Positions 31,247 to 41,716 of a DNA stretch of 64,000 nt are shown piece after piece. This stretch comes from Candidatus Moraniibacteriota bacterium (lineage in GTDB: Bacteria > Patescibacteriota > Minisyncoccia > Moranbacterales > GCA-2747515). Position 1 is the stretch's first letter. Every line of letters starts with the position of its first letter. The position numbers and the translations under genes were made by a program. The stretch is taken from NCBI GenBank assembly GCA_027031495.1, contig JALVQA010000004.1, positions 56,070 through 120,069 of the forward strand, given 5' to 3'. The notes beneath the pieces were generated by a model that saw only the letters and a list, made by a program, of their open reading frames with translations, did no database searches and had not been told where the DNA came from.

Positions 31247-31747
31247 ATGAATATTTTTACAAGTGCATTTGCAGCGACAGTTATTGCTTTTTCCGGTGCA
31301 AATGCCTATAGTGGTGAGATGTGTTTCAATCAACAGACACAGGATCATCGTGCTGTACATGTAACAACAACGACGCAAGAGATGGTAGAGGAAGTTGCGC
31401 GTCAGAAAATACTCAACCGATGGAAAAAAAGGCAAAAAGGCGCTTGGCGACATCTTCCGAAAGGTGATTTTGTAATCAACGCATCCGCATATACTGCGGC
31501 GGCTGATGAATGCGGTAAAAGTGATGGTATTACGGCAAGTGGCGTGAAAGTAAAGGAAGGGCGAACACTTGCATGTCCACCGCAGTACCCATTTGGTACA
31601 CGTATTCATATTGATGGTATGGGTACGTATACGTGCGAAGATCGCGGTGGTGCAATTAAAGGCAATCGATTTGATATTTACATGAAAACAAAGCGACAAG
31701 CATTTGCGTTTGGACGGCGTCATTTGACGGCTCATGTTGTCAACTAG
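31247..31747 (+). CDS. 3D-domain (MltA/Sps-like) cell-wall protein
   Basis: ASAYT, GITASG and YTCEDRGGAIKGNRFDIY. Confidence 0.9.
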   Translation: MNIFTSAFAATVIAFSGANAYSGEMCFNQQTQDHRAVHVTTTTQEMVEEVARQKILNRWKKRQKGAWRHLPKGDFVINASAYTAAADECGKSDGITASGVKVKEGRTLACPPQYPFGTRIHIDGMGTYTCEDRGGAIKGNRFDIYMKTKRQAFAFGRRHLTAHVVN

Positions 31748-31814
31748 TGAATGTGTAGTCATGTGTATAAAAACCCCGGACATGTTTATGTGCCGGGGCT
31801 TTATGTTGTGTTTC

Positions 31815-32303
31815 TTATAGAACGAAAGACAAAACTAGTATCACGCAATAAAACATGCATGATGCAAAAAGCGCATACAGTGCTGCTGGTAATGGTTTTT
31901 TGGCATGATTGCCGCTAAGAATATTGTCATCCATTAGCATGAGAGTGCGCATAACAGCGTAAATATAGATACCTGTTGTGAATATAAGTGTAATAGTGGT
32001 AGGTAATAAAATTGATAGAAAAGTATGCGCAGCAATGAGCGCGTTTTCTATTGTCAATGAAGCAAGTATTGCAGTTACAAATGCCAACGTTACAAGTATA
32101 CTTGGTAAAATTACCGATTTTTTCAGCATGTTTTTTGTAGCTGTGGCAAGTAGCGCAAGGATATTGCTCATTGCCATGAGGATAAGTGTGGTTGTAACAG
32201 CGGTTGATCTCTCTGCGTTTGACAGCGCAGTATGTGCTATAGCTGCAATAGGCAAAAGCGTGATAAAAACGATCGTTGTTAAGGTAGATGCAATTTTTTG
32301 CAT
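31815..32303 (-). CDS. Hypothetical membrane protein
   Basis: 162 aa with 4-5 hydrophobic segments, RBS AGGAG and a downstream hairpin. Confidence 0.6.
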   Translation of the reverse strand: MQKIASTLTTIVFITLLPIAAIAHTALSNAERSTAVTTTLILMAMSNILALLATATKNMLKKSVILPSILVTLAFVTAILASLTIENALIAAHTFLSILLPTTITLIFTTGIYIYAVMRTLMLMDDNILSGNHAKKPLPAALYALFASCMFYCVILVLSFVL

Positions 32304-32380
32304 GTTTCTCTCCTATTGGTTTTGACACACTGCAACCGTACCATATGATAGTTTAGATGTCCACATTTTGTATTCAGCAA

Positions 32381-32992
32381 TCATTGAATAAGGTGTCGTA
32401 TTCCAATTTGTGGCGAGTGCTCATAAATGATAGTGTAATTTCGCGTGCTACTTTTATTTCTGCACCACGATGCGAGCATTGGTGTTTTGTAGGTATCGCG
32501 CGGATCAAAGACGGCATCCTTTGGTAAAAGTGATGCAAGTGCGTCGTGAAAGTGAAAGAGAACATGTGTGTTGTATTTGTTTTTTACGATCTCAAAAAAC
32601 TTTGTACCAAACTTGTTATATATGCGCCTATAACAATTATCCTTTTGGATTTCAAATGTGTGCATAAATGGCACAACGAAGACATGTGGCTCTGCGAAGT
32701 GCGCGCACATTTTTTCAACAATGCCATCAACAAGACCGCGCCAACCAGCATGAATAATGCCATACATTCTTTTGTTATAAAAGCATATAGTTGCACAGTC
32801 AGCTGTTTTGATACCGAGCGCGAATGCGTTTGTGTTTTCTGTAAAAATGCCATCACAGCTATGCAGATCTTCTTTGCCGGTTTTTATCTCAACAATTCTG
32901 CTTGAATGTGTTTGTTGCGGCAGAATAACGTTATCAAGAAATAATTTATCTCTTTGTGACGGTAGATCAAATACTTTTATTTGATAGTACAT
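32381..32992 (-). CDS. YfiH/PgeF (laccase-domain, purine nucleoside phosphorylase) family protein
   Basis: QQTHS, CDGIFT, KTADC and IHAGWRG; start reassigned to MYYQ. Confidence 0.85.
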   Translation of the reverse strand: MYYQIKVFDLPSQRDKLFLDNVILPQQTHSSRIVEIKTGKEDLHSCDGIFTENTNAFALGIKTADCATICFYNKRMYGIIHAGWRGLVDGIVEKMCAHFAEPHVFVVPFMHTFEIQKDNCYRRIYNKFGTKFFEIVKNKYNTHVLFHFHDALASLLPKDAVFDPRDTYKTPMLASWCRNKSSTRNYTIIYEHSPQIGIRHLIQ

Positions 32993-33074
32993 TTTTGCAA
33001 TAATAGCAATGTAGTAGGTGTTAGGCAAATTGTTTGCGTTGTATAGTGTTGTACAGCGAAGTGATATATGATAT

Positions 33075-33097
33075 ATTATGCAAGTAACTTGCATAAT
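33075..33097. promoter_or_regulatory. Putative Zur/Fur operator
   Basis: Perfect 11-1-11 palindrome ATTATGCAAGT-A-ACTTGCATAAT directly before the Fur-family gene. Confidence 0.7.
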
Positions 33098-33104
33098 GAA
33101 TGTT

Positions 33105-33446
33105 ATGAGAACAAATATGTATGCACGTGCGATTCTTAAACTTCTGGAAACGCATCATCTTCTAAGTATCGCCGATATTAGTAAAAGAATTCCTGATGCC
33201 GATTACAGTACAATCTACAGGAATATCAAGAACCTCATGAAAACTGGTAAGGTACGGAGTGTTGTTTTAGATAAAAATAAGGTAATGTACGAAACTAACA
33301 GTACAAACAACAGCCATTGGCACTTTTATTGCGATTATTGCGGTGCTGTTGAGCGTATTGATATAACATCGGAGAGCATGTTTCCCCTTGTTCCCTATGT
33401 TGTAAAAGATGTTCTTCTCAGGGGCGTTTGCAATAAACATTCTTAA
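33105..33446 (+). CDS. zur: Fur-family regulator (Zur-like)
   Basis: STIYRNI, HWHFYCDYCG and GVCNK; first gene of the Zn ABC operon. Confidence 0.8.
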   Translation: MRTNMYARAILKLLETHHLLSIADISKRIPDADYSTIYRNIKNLMKTGKVRSVVLDKNKVMYETNSTNNSHWHFYCDYCGAVERIDITSESMFPLVPYVVKDVLLRGVCNKHS

Positions 33447-33458
33447 AATCTGATTCCT

Positions 33459-34394
33459 ATGAAAAAGACCATTTTTCTTTTAATTATTGCCTTCTTTGCT
33501 ATTGGTATTATCATCTTTTTGTTTGAAAAAAGTGTGCACAACAATAGTTTAAGCGCTTCACATGGTACATTTAAAGTTGCAACAACAATTTTTCCACTTT
33601 ATGACATTGTGAAAAATGTTGCAGGTGATGACCTTGATGTTGTCCTTCTTTTGCCATCTGGTGCATCGCCACATACATTTGAGCCGCTACCGAGTACGTT
33701 AAAGGAATTAAGTGGCTCTGCACTTCTCTTTGCTATCGGCCATGGTCTCGATGACTGGTCGCAGAACATGGCAAAGTCTGCAAATGTGCCGATTGTGACG
33801 GTTGATAAAGGCATAGCATTGCGCAAAAGTGGTGAAGAAGAACATGGAGAGCATGAAAATGAGCATGGTGAGCACAATCACGGCGCCATTGATCCGCATT
33901 ATTGGCTTTCTCTGACAAATGCGGCGCAAATTGCACATACAATAGCGGAAGAATTGGCGCACCTTGATAGTGAACATGCATCTTTTTATATGAAACGCGC
34001 AGATCTTTACGGAAAAAATCTTCTTCGGATGAGGGATGCGTTTCGTGAGCGCTTGCAATCACTACCGAACCGCAATATTATTGCGCTTCATGATGCATGG
34101 GGTTACTTTGCCGATGAGTTTGGATTGAATGTTGTTGGAACATTTGAGAGTGCCGCTGGTACACAGCCGTCACCACGTGATATAGAGATGCTTGCTAAAA
34201 AAGTAAAGGAGTATAATGTGTCCATACTTTTTAGTGAACCGCAGTTATCAACAGATGCTATCACTTCTTTTGCACGAGATCATAATCTTACGATTGCCAT
34301 TTTCGACCCATTGGGTGGCATAGACGGACGCATGCACTATACCGATCTTATGCGGTATAATATTAACAACGTCATAAACGCGCTAAAAAAGTAG
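33459..34394 (+). CDS. znuA: Zn ABC transporter substrate-binding protein
   Basis: SPHTFEP, a His/Glu-rich loop, DPHYWLS and HDAWGYF. Confidence 0.9.
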   Translation: MKKTIFLLIIAFFAIGIIIFLFEKSVHNNSLSASHGTFKVATTIFPLYDIVKNVAGDDLDVVLLLPSGASPHTFEPLPSTLKELSGSALLFAIGHGLDDWSQNMAKSANVPIVTVDKGIALRKSGEEEHGEHENEHGEHNHGAIDPHYWLSLTNAAQIAHTIAEELAHLDSEHASFYMKRADLYGKNLLRMRDAFRERLQSLPNRNIIALHDAWGYFADEFGLNVVGTFESAAGTQPSPRDIEMLAKKVKEYNVSILFSEPQLSTDAITSFARDHNLTIAIFDPLGGIDGRMHYTDLMRYNINNVINALKK

Positions 34395-34397
34395 ACC

Positions 34398-35114
34398 ATG
34401 CACACAACAAAAATTATTGAGGTAAAAGATGTTTCTTTTGCTTACAGGGATAGTGACTATGTTTTGCGCAATATCTCATTTGGTGTTGAAAAAGGTGCGT
34501 TGGTTATGCTTATCGGGCCAAATGGATCAGGAAAAACAACGCTGCTTAAGATTCTTCTCGGTCTCCTTAGACCAACACAGGGAACTGTTCTATTATTTGG
34601 CGAAAAACCTAGTGAAGTGCGGTATAAAATTGGTTATGTGCCGCAAAAACTTGATTTTGATCGCACGTTTCCTATCACTGTTAGAGAGTTTCTTCGTTTT
34701 TCCGATAGAAAGGCAACGGAAGCAGCGATTGATAGCGTTTTGGAGAGTATTGGTGCTGACAAATTCAAGGATAAACTTCTTGGCGCACTTTCCGGTGGAC
34801 AGTTGCAGCGCGTGCTTATCGCGCGCGCACTTCTCAGTAAGCCGGCAATCCTCTTTCTCGATGAGCCGGTAAGCGGTGTTGATATTGGTGGTGAACAAAA
34901 CTTTTACGAATTGATAAAAAAAGTTAAAGAGCGTTACAAGGTGACGATTGTGATGGTGTCGCACGAGATCACAGTCGTAAATACAATGGCAACACATGTA
35001 ATTTGTATCAATAAAAGGATGTTGTGCAGTGGCAATCCTAAAAGCGCTCTCTCAGCAAAGACTATTGAAGCGCTTTATGGCACAGATGTTTCACTTCATA
35101 AACATAAATGCTAG
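34398..35114 (+). CDS. znuC: Zn ABC transporter ATPase
   Basis: GPNGSGKTT, LSGGQLQR and LDEP. Confidence 0.9.
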   Translation: MHTTKIIEVKDVSFAYRDSDYVLRNISFGVEKGALVMLIGPNGSGKTTLLKILLGLLRPTQGTVLLFGEKPSEVRYKIGYVPQKLDFDRTFPITVREFLRFSDRKATEAAIDSVLESIGADKFKDKLLGALSGGQLQRVLIARALLSKPAILFLDEPVSGVDIGGEQNFYELIKKVKERYKVTIVMVSHEITVVNTMATHVICINKRMLCSGNPKSALSAKTIEALYGTDVSLHKHKC

Positions 35115-35117
35115 GTT

Positions 35118-35939
35118 ATGACAAATTTAATACACATGGAATTTATGCAGAGAGCGTTTCTCGCCGGTATGATGCTCGCGCCACTTCTTGCTACACTTGG
35201 ATCCTTTATGACGCTACGCAAAATGTCCTTTTTCGCTGATGGCATAGCACATGCCTCACTGCTTGGTATTGCGCTTGCGCTTATTTGCGGTGCCACGCCA
35301 TTTCTTGGCGCTATTATTGTTGGCGTTGTGTTTGGACTTGTTGTATTCTTCCTTGAGCGCTATGCGCGGCTTGCGTCAGACGCTGTTGTTGGCGTCATTT
35401 TTACAGCTGGTATGGCTCTTGGCATCATACTAATCTCACTTCAGCCCGGCTATCAGCCTGATCTTATCAGTTTTCTCTTTGGTAATATTCTTTCTATTAC
35501 ATGGGCGAATATATGGACGATTTTTGGCGTGTCAGTTACTATCCTTCTCACGATATTTGTGTTCTTTCGCCATTTTATCCTTATTGCTCTTAATGATGAT
35601 ATGGCATGGACATCGGGCGTAAACACAAAACGCCTTGATGCCCTCTTCTACATCATGCTCTCATTAACGGTTGTTCTTGGTGTTAAATTGCTCGGTGTTG
35701 TTCTTGTGAGCGCCCTTTTGATTATTCCGTCAATAACTGCAAAAATTGTGGCGCACTCTTTCTACACATATGTGTCTTTTGCAAGTATGTGCGCTTTTGT
35801 AGCTTTTGTTGTCGGTCTTATTGGATCATACTACCTTGATTTGCCATCTGGTGCATCAATTGTTATGGTGGCTGTTGGCATCTTTGTTATGACATTTTTT
35901 GGTAAGGTGATTATCTCAGGCAAGCGAGTTGCTGTGTAA
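35118..35939 (+). CDS. znuB: Zn ABC transporter permease
   Basis: DGIAHASLLG and FLFGNIL; multi-TM. Confidence 0.9.
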   Translation: MTNLIHMEFMQRAFLAGMMLAPLLATLGSFMTLRKMSFFADGIAHASLLGIALALICGATPFLGAIIVGVVFGLVVFFLERYARLASDAVVGVIFTAGMALGIILISLQPGYQPDLISFLFGNILSITWANIWTIFGVSVTILLTIFVFFRHFILIALNDDMAWTSGVNTKRLDALFYIMLSLTVVLGVKLLGVVLVSALLIIPSITAKIVAHSFYTYVSFASMCAFVAFVVGLIGSYYLDLPSGASIVMVAVGIFVMTFFGKVIISGKRVAV

Positions 35940-36368
35940 ATTATTTATATTTTCTATAGACCTCAAAACACCACTGCGCGTAGCGGTGTTTTGATATTTT
36001 GTGTCTTCTTATACAGCATTCGTCGCGTTCATATGTGCCACTACTCAGAGCTTTTCCCCGGGCTGCAGCTTGTGCGAGGATACTCTGTTGTTTAAGTTAC
36101 AAATTCATTAATTTGGTATGAGTTTGACAGTTAAACACTTGCTTATGTCTATGTATTTATATTATTTCCTTGCAACTTGAACCAAAAATTGTTATGCATA
36201 AATTACAAATGTTTTAGCGTTGTATTTATTGTTTAAGATTGTAAACTTTTAATGTTAGTTTTTAGCATTTACTAATATTAAAGTTAAGAAATATATTTAT
36301 CATATAAATATTATCGTTGTTATAGTAAAAGGCTCCTGGCACAATAGTTCTGCGCCAGGAGCTTATAG

Positions 36369-36785
36369 TTATGCTGCCATGAATAACATCGCCATGTTCA
36401 TGGCTAGCATTAATGTTATTTTTTTTATTTGGTTCTGATTTTCTTCTTCTTCCATGCAGCTTAACATTATTTCTAGTGCCTTTTTCACTATGTACACTGA
36501 AAAAGGCATGCCTAAAATTTCCATTAACGACAATCCATCATTTGGTAATGCGAAGCCAAATGATGTGATGATTGCCGCAAACGTGTAGACGAACACGTCA
36601 AATGGAAATATTTTATTGTATTTAAAAAATAACAATCTGTACCCAAGGCCGATGGCTGCAAGTGCCATGCTCAAAAAGAGCATGCCATCTTTTACACCAC
36701 GGGTCGCTTCACAGTAGCCCATTTTGTGGGCTACAACTGCCGCCACCGGTACGCTAAAGATGACGTACGCTGTCGTTAGTTTCAT
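36369..36785 (-). CDS. Hypothetical membrane protein on a small tRNA-linked islet
   Basis: 138 aa hydrophobic ORF with RBS GGAG and terminator ggctcctggc...gccaggagc. Confidence 0.6.
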   Translation of the reverse strand: MKLTTAYVIFSVPVAAVVAHKMGYCEATRGVKDGMLFLSMALAAIGLGYRLLFFKYNKIFPFDVFVYTFAAIITSFGFALPNDGLSLMEILGMPFSVYIVKKALEIMLSCMEEEENQNQIKKITLMLAMNMAMLFMAA

Positions 36786-37044
36786 TGTCGTTTTCTCCGC
36801 TCGTTACCCACGAGTAAGGGCCACGCATTGCGCGTGGATAATCTAAAAAAGAACCATTATTATTCTACAGTATATTTGCTATAAAGTCAAATATATACTA
36901 CAGAAAAACATACATTTTCCAGTTTGCAAGATAGAGATGGTATGTCAAGTTATCGTGCTGTCTTTGTGCTTTTTATGGCAACATAAACACGCCAAGTAGT
37001 TGGCGTGTTTTCTTTCTCACAGCAGTATTCGCTGCGTTCATATG

Positions 37045-37128
37045 TGCCGCGGGCGGGACTTGAACCCGCACGATATTGCTATCATTGGATTTTGAGTCCA
37101 ACGTGTCTACCAATTCCACCACCGCGGC
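37045..37128 (-). tRNA. tRNA-Leu(CAA)
   Basis: GCCGCGG acceptor, loop CTCAAAA. Confidence 0.93.
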
Positions 37129-37151
37129 GTACTCCATTTACAAGAATGATG

Positions 37152-37222
37152 AGGTCGCGCCCGGAATTGAACCGGGGTACAGGGTTTTGCAGACCCTTGC
37201 CTAACCACTCGGCCACGCGACC
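37152..37222 (-). tRNA. tRNA-Cys(GCA)
   Basis: GGTCGCG acceptor, loop CTGCAAA. Confidence 0.93.
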
Positions 37223-37267
37223 ATATATCAATTAACTTCTTTAGAGTACCAAAAGGTCTCGTTTCCG

Positions 37268-37870
37268 TCAATTTAAAGCGTGTTTTGTGTCATTTTTGAT
37301 TTTTTTGAGGAGCGCTGGGATGCGTGCAAAATCGGCAATGAGTGTCTCGCGGAGGGAGCCGTTGTAGAGCGCTGCCGCCGGATGATAAAGTGCATAAAAA
37401 ACATATGTACCACAACCATCAATTGTGCGTCTAAATGCCTTACCGTGATCCTCTGATATCTTTCGTCCCGGTACAAAACGCTCCAGTGCATGGCGTCCAA
37501 GAGGAATAATAAGTGTTGGCTTAATGATATTGATTTGTTCTTGAAGCCATGGCCAGCAGTCTGCTACTTCCTGCGGGAGAGGATCGCGATTGTTTGGCGG
37601 ACGGTATTTAACAACGTTCGTGATGTAGACATCACTGCGCTTAATATTGATGCTTGCGAGCATTTCATCAAGAAATTTTCCCGCAGCGCCAACAAATGGC
37701 ACGCCTTTAAGATCTTCTTGTTTTCCCGGCGCCTCCCCAATAAACATAACATCAGCATCAGCATTGCCAGCACCGTAAACGGCTTGCGTTGCTGTTTTGC
37801 GCAGTTGACAGGGGCAAAGCGCTTCCATTACTTTGTTGATATGATCAAGTTTTTCTTGCTTTGTTTGCAT
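37268..37870 (-). CDS. Uracil-DNA glycosylase, family 4
   Basis: [22 protein letters not shown] and YHPAA. Confidence 0.92.
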   Translation of the reverse strand: MQTKQEKLDHINKVMEALCPCQLRKTATQAVYGAGNADADVMFIGEAPGKQEDLKGVPFVGAAGKFLDEMLASINIKRSDVYITNVVKYRPPNNRDPLPQEVADCWPWLQEQINIIKPTLIIPLGRHALERFVPGRKISEDHGKAFRRTIDGCGTYVFYALYHPAAALYNGSLRETLIADFARIPALLKKIKNDTKHALN

Positions 37871-37904
37871 GACTCAGTAAAAAAACCAGTAAAAAGTGCG
37901 ACTT

Positions 37905-38879
37905 TTAGACGATGCACCATGTATTGTCCGTCTTTTTAATTGTACCACTAATTTCAAAGCCACTCGCAAGTGTGTGACCGCCCCCGCCAAGAAGTCTTGC
38001 AATACGAGATGTGTCAATGCCACTGCCCTTTTCTGTGCGAATACTTCCCTTTACAATGCCGTCTTTAAGTTGAATGAGGACAAGTGCAAATGGTGTGTGT
38101 GGCACACTGCACAAAAGTGATGCAACTTCTTTCAACTCTTCTTTTAATTCCTCCTGTGGAATGTTTTTTGTGGCGATGTGACGCCCTGTAATGACAGATG
38201 CTATTGCGCCAGATGGAGAGAGGCGTTTTGCGTTTTTTAGTGCAATGCCCCAGAGTTGTAGTGTATCTAGGCGCTTTGTAAGAAATGACTCTCTTATAAT
38301 GCGTGAAAGAGGAATATGTGCATCAAGAAGATGTGCCATAACATCAAGAACGTGTGCTGACGTATTTGGGTTATGAAAGAGGCGTGTATCACCAAGGATA
38401 CCGATGGCAAGCGCGTTCGCCTCTTTTTGTGTTGGTGTATGTGCAATGTATTCGAAAAAATCATGGAGAATTTCACATGTACTTGATGCTGCCGGATTTG
38501 TAATGAGAAGGTCGGGATGTATATTCGTGTGAGGATGATGATCGATGCCAACTGTGATATGATCACTTTTCGGTAAGTGTTTTATTATCTTGTCGAAGCC
38601 ACGGTCAATGTTATCGCTGCCAATGATGACATCAAATTGCGCGAAATTACTGATATCGCATGTCTGTATGATGTTGTATGATGGTAAAAAAGTATCAAAA
38701 GTATTTGGAAATGCATCGGTGCACGTAAGTGTTACAGGAATATTATGCGTGTGCAGATAGCTATAAAGTGTGACACATGCACCAATGGTGTCAGGATCGG
38801 GGCGTGAGTGAGCAACAAGGAGAACATTTCTTGCATGCGTGAGTATGTATTGAAGTGATGCGTATTTGTGGTTTATCAT
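37905..38879 (-). CDS. nrnA: DHH/DHHA1 phosphoesterase (NrnA-like)
   Basis: HSRPDPD, IDHH and GGGGH. Confidence 0.85.
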   Translation of the reverse strand: MINHKYASLQYILTHARNVLLVAHSRPDPDTIGACVTLYSYLHTHNIPVTLTCTDAFPNTFDTFLPSYNIIQTCDISNFAQFDVIIGSDNIDRGFDKIIKHLPKSDHITVGIDHHPHTNIHPDLLITNPAASSTCEILHDFFEYIAHTPTQKEANALAIGILGDTRLFHNPNTSAHVLDVMAHLLDAHIPLSRIIRESFLTKRLDTLQLWGIALKNAKRLSPSGAIASVITGRHIATKNIPQEELKEELKEVASLLCSVPHTPFALVLIQLKDGIVKGSIRTEKGSGIDTSRIARLLGGGGHTLASGFEISGTIKKTDNTWCIV

Positions 38880-39211
38880 AAATTAAGATCGTGGAAAATC
38901 TTTTCAATTTTGTCTGCACGTTCTTCTGTATCGTCATAAACAAATGAAATTTTCGGCATTTTTCGTAGATTTAGTTTCTGCGAAAGCGTTTTCTTTATGA
39001 GTCCTTGCTCGTGCTCTAGTGTTTTGATAGCATAGCGTGCTTCAGATGCCGGAAAAACACTTACAAAAACAGTTGATTGATAGAGATCATTTGTTGTGTA
39101 CACGCGCGATATTGTAAGAAAAACATTTGATTTGAGGTGTAATTTGCGCGCGATAATATCGGAGACAATCTGTTTGATAAGTGTATTAATTTTAAGAACG
39201 CGATTTGTCAT
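38876..39211 (-). CDS. rbfA: Ribosome-binding factor A
   Basis: RVLKINTLIK, TISRV and LRKMPKISFVYD. Confidence 0.88.
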   Translation of the reverse strand: MTNRVLKINTLIKQIVSDIIARKLHLKSNVFLTISRVYTTNDLYQSTVFVSVFPASEARYAIKTLEHEQGLIKKTLSQKLNLRKMPKISFVYDDTEERADKIEKIFHDLNL

Positions 39212-39282
39212 AAATGCACAGTATTATAAATCAACCTGAGAGTATAGCATGTTTATAAAAGAAATCAACTGTTGATGTGATG

Positions 39283-39354
39283 TGTCCCCAGACTGAGTCG
39301 AACAGTCATCTAGAACTTAGGAGGTTCTCGTTCTATCCATTGAACTATGGGGAC
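39283..39354 (-). tRNA. tRNA-Arg(CCT)
   Basis: GTCCCCA acceptor, loop CTCCTAA. Confidence 0.9.
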
Positions 39355-39493
39355 ATGAGGAGATACCTTTCTTAATAGAGTATATGCAAAAAGTAAATTT
39401 GACAAACAAAAACGTTTACATATCATTACTATGTAATAGTATATTGTATTTGTCAAGTATATAACAGTGTGATGATGTATGATAAGTGAATAA

Positions 39494-40366
39494 TGTTCCA
39501 CGTGGAACATTGCATACGCATAAAAAGACTTCCTCTTTCTAGCAATAAATATCAATTTTATATGGAAATGTAATTTTCTCTGTGATAGTGTATTTATTAT
39601 ATATTTAGTTTTCTATTTGATCTATTGGCACGATATTACTCCTGCAGCATCTTTTGCGATTACCTATCATGTAAAATTATTAATCTGTATTTCTTAGGCG
39701 CTTTGTATATTGCATATTTAATATATTGGGTCGCTTAATATGTTCCACGTGGAACAATTACGTTGAGTGTGTTACTTTTTAAACAATAAAATGTTCCACG
39801 TGGAACATTATTAAAGTAGTAAATTATTATTCGTATAAAAAGTTACTTTACTAAGATTTTTTATTTTTGGGCGTGTAAATAATGCTGAACAAAAATATTT
39901 TTTATTTCTAAATGGTTCAGAACATACCGGCATACACTCTATTATATAGACGTCTTTATATCTTTTGTGACAAAAAAAGAAAATTGTTCCACGTGGAACA
40001 ATATGCAAGTATTTTTGCATTTTTACGAACCAAATAATAAAGATGGTAATAAGCAACTGCTTTTTTGCGCTGAACATTTTTTATAGGACGCTGTTACTAC
40101 TTTTTAATCAATTATGTTCCACGTGGAACATAATGTCACACGCTTTTTACTTTATGTAAATTTTTGTAGAAAAACTATATTCTTTTGTTATGCTAGATGA
40201 TTCGGTTTTTGTTGATTTGTATAGTGTTGTAATTCTTTTTTTTAAGTAATAATGTTCCACGTGGAACATTTTACTGTTAAAAAAATAAGAATAAAATTTC
40301 TTTTATGTATTCATATTTTTTTGTTTATTTTTTAAAAAAAAGCTTCCCATTGTTCCACGTGGAACA
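39494..40366. repeat. Cluster of seven parS sites (TGTTCCACGTGGAACA)
   Basis: Identical 16-bp palindromes starting at 39494, 39741, 39792, 39985, 40115, 40253 and 40351; they match the ParB-binding parS consensus. Confidence 0.88.
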
Positions 40367-40708
40367 ATGGGAAATTAATTGTTCTTTGCTTTTCTTTATT
40401 TAGTTAATTTTGATCATGTGCCAACAGAAGGAGAAATGCAGCATATTTCTTAAAACATAGAATATTATTGTTTATCATATAATATCATATATATTGTAGT
40501 ACCTCCATCTTTGTGTATGATAACATCATACATTTACATATGATGTTATACGCTCAAATAGCTCCACTTTGTCATACGTTATATGATTATTGATGCATTG
40601 TGAGATGTGTGCCAAGCCAATAATTTGACATTGTTTCATTTATATTCTATAAATTATTGACTTTATACATAATGTATGCTAATATATTGGTAGGAATAGA
40701 AAAAATGG

Positions 40709-41668
40709 GTGATTCTCTGTGTAAGGCGTATAAGCGCAACACGGAGTCACCCGTTTTTTAGTCTGATATTCTACTATTACATTGCGATGCGCATTATGCA
40801 AAAAGAAAAACAAAAAAGAAAAATTTATATATTCCGTGATGGTGGCAAGGCATTTGCTTTTATGTACATGCTCTTTCTGCTGTTTTTTGTTGGCGTGTCT
40901 ATCTCGTATGGTAGTGAAGACATTACGGCGCAAAAGATCCTTTCTCTCATTAACAAAGAGCGTATGCAGAGAGGGCTGACACCATTAAGAATGAATGCAA
41001 AATTGCGTGTAGCCGCTGAAAACAAAGTGCGCGATATGGTGCGTCGTAAGTATTTTTCGCATAACGATCCTGATGGTAATGCGCCATGGAAATGGATACG
41101 AAATGCTGGTTACAATTATGCTTTTGCCGGTGAAAATCTTGCAATTGGCTTTACAGATAGCAAAAAACAACATGATGCATGGATGAAAAGTGCGCTTCAC
41201 CGGCGTAATATTCTCAATGCGCAATACAGGGATACCGGTATTGCCACTACGATCGGTACTATTCGTGGCACGCGAGAGCTTGTTGTTGTGCAGTTTTTTG
41301 GTAGGCGTGTTGGTGATGTTGCATCATTTCTTCCAGAAAGTGGTCGGTCTGTGCCGGAGCGTTCGGTGCGCACGCTCTCTCCGCGTGTAAATGGTGCATT
41401 TGCGGAGCGCTTTGGTGTCAGCAATGATGGGCATATATTTAACATGCAAATACGTGACTTCTTCACTGCTGTCGTCAGTAAGGTCAATGCTATGCTTGAT
41501 AACGTAGATACTGTTTTAAGCACCGCACTATCATCAAGGAGCGTGTTAATGCACTATAGCGCGCTAGCTCTTGTTATCATACAGAGTATTGTAAGTTTTG
41601 CTGTGGTTATAAGTATCTTTATTCGCGCACGACGCCGTGCTATTGATCTGGATAGTACCATGTTGTAG
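40709..41668 (+). CDS. CAP-domain membrane protein
   Basis: INKERMQRGL, YFSH, AGENLA and WMKSALHRRNIL; true start is probably further downstream. Confidence 0.85.
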   Translation: MILCVRRISATRSHPFFSLIFYYYIAMRIMQKEKQKRKIYIFRDGGKAFAFMYMLFLLFFVGVSISYGSEDITAQKILSLINKERMQRGLTPLRMNAKLRVAAENKVRDMVRRKYFSHNDPDGNAPWKWIRNAGYNYAFAGENLAIGFTDSKKQHDAWMKSALHRRNILNAQYRDTGIATTIGTIRGTRELVVVQFFGRRVGDVASFLPESGRSVPERSVRTLSPRVNGAFAERFGVSNDGHIFNMQIRDFFTAVVSKVNAMLDNVDTVLSTALSSRSVLMHYSALALVIIQSIVSFAVVISIFIRARRRAIDLDSTML

Positions 41669-41716
41669 AATCAAAGCACTATTGTGGTAATGTTTTTGTC
41701 TTTAATCTAAAAAAGA

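Noticed and set aside
36786-36850. Shared leader motif between orphan genes 36369-36785 and 10220-10645 (U-tract, hairpin ending GTGGCC, then RBS)
   Set aside because: The similarity is short and could be chance with only two examples.
39494-40366. CRISPR array
   Set aside because: The repeats are only 16 bp with irregular spacing (35-231 bp), no cas genes are present, and the sequence matches parS.
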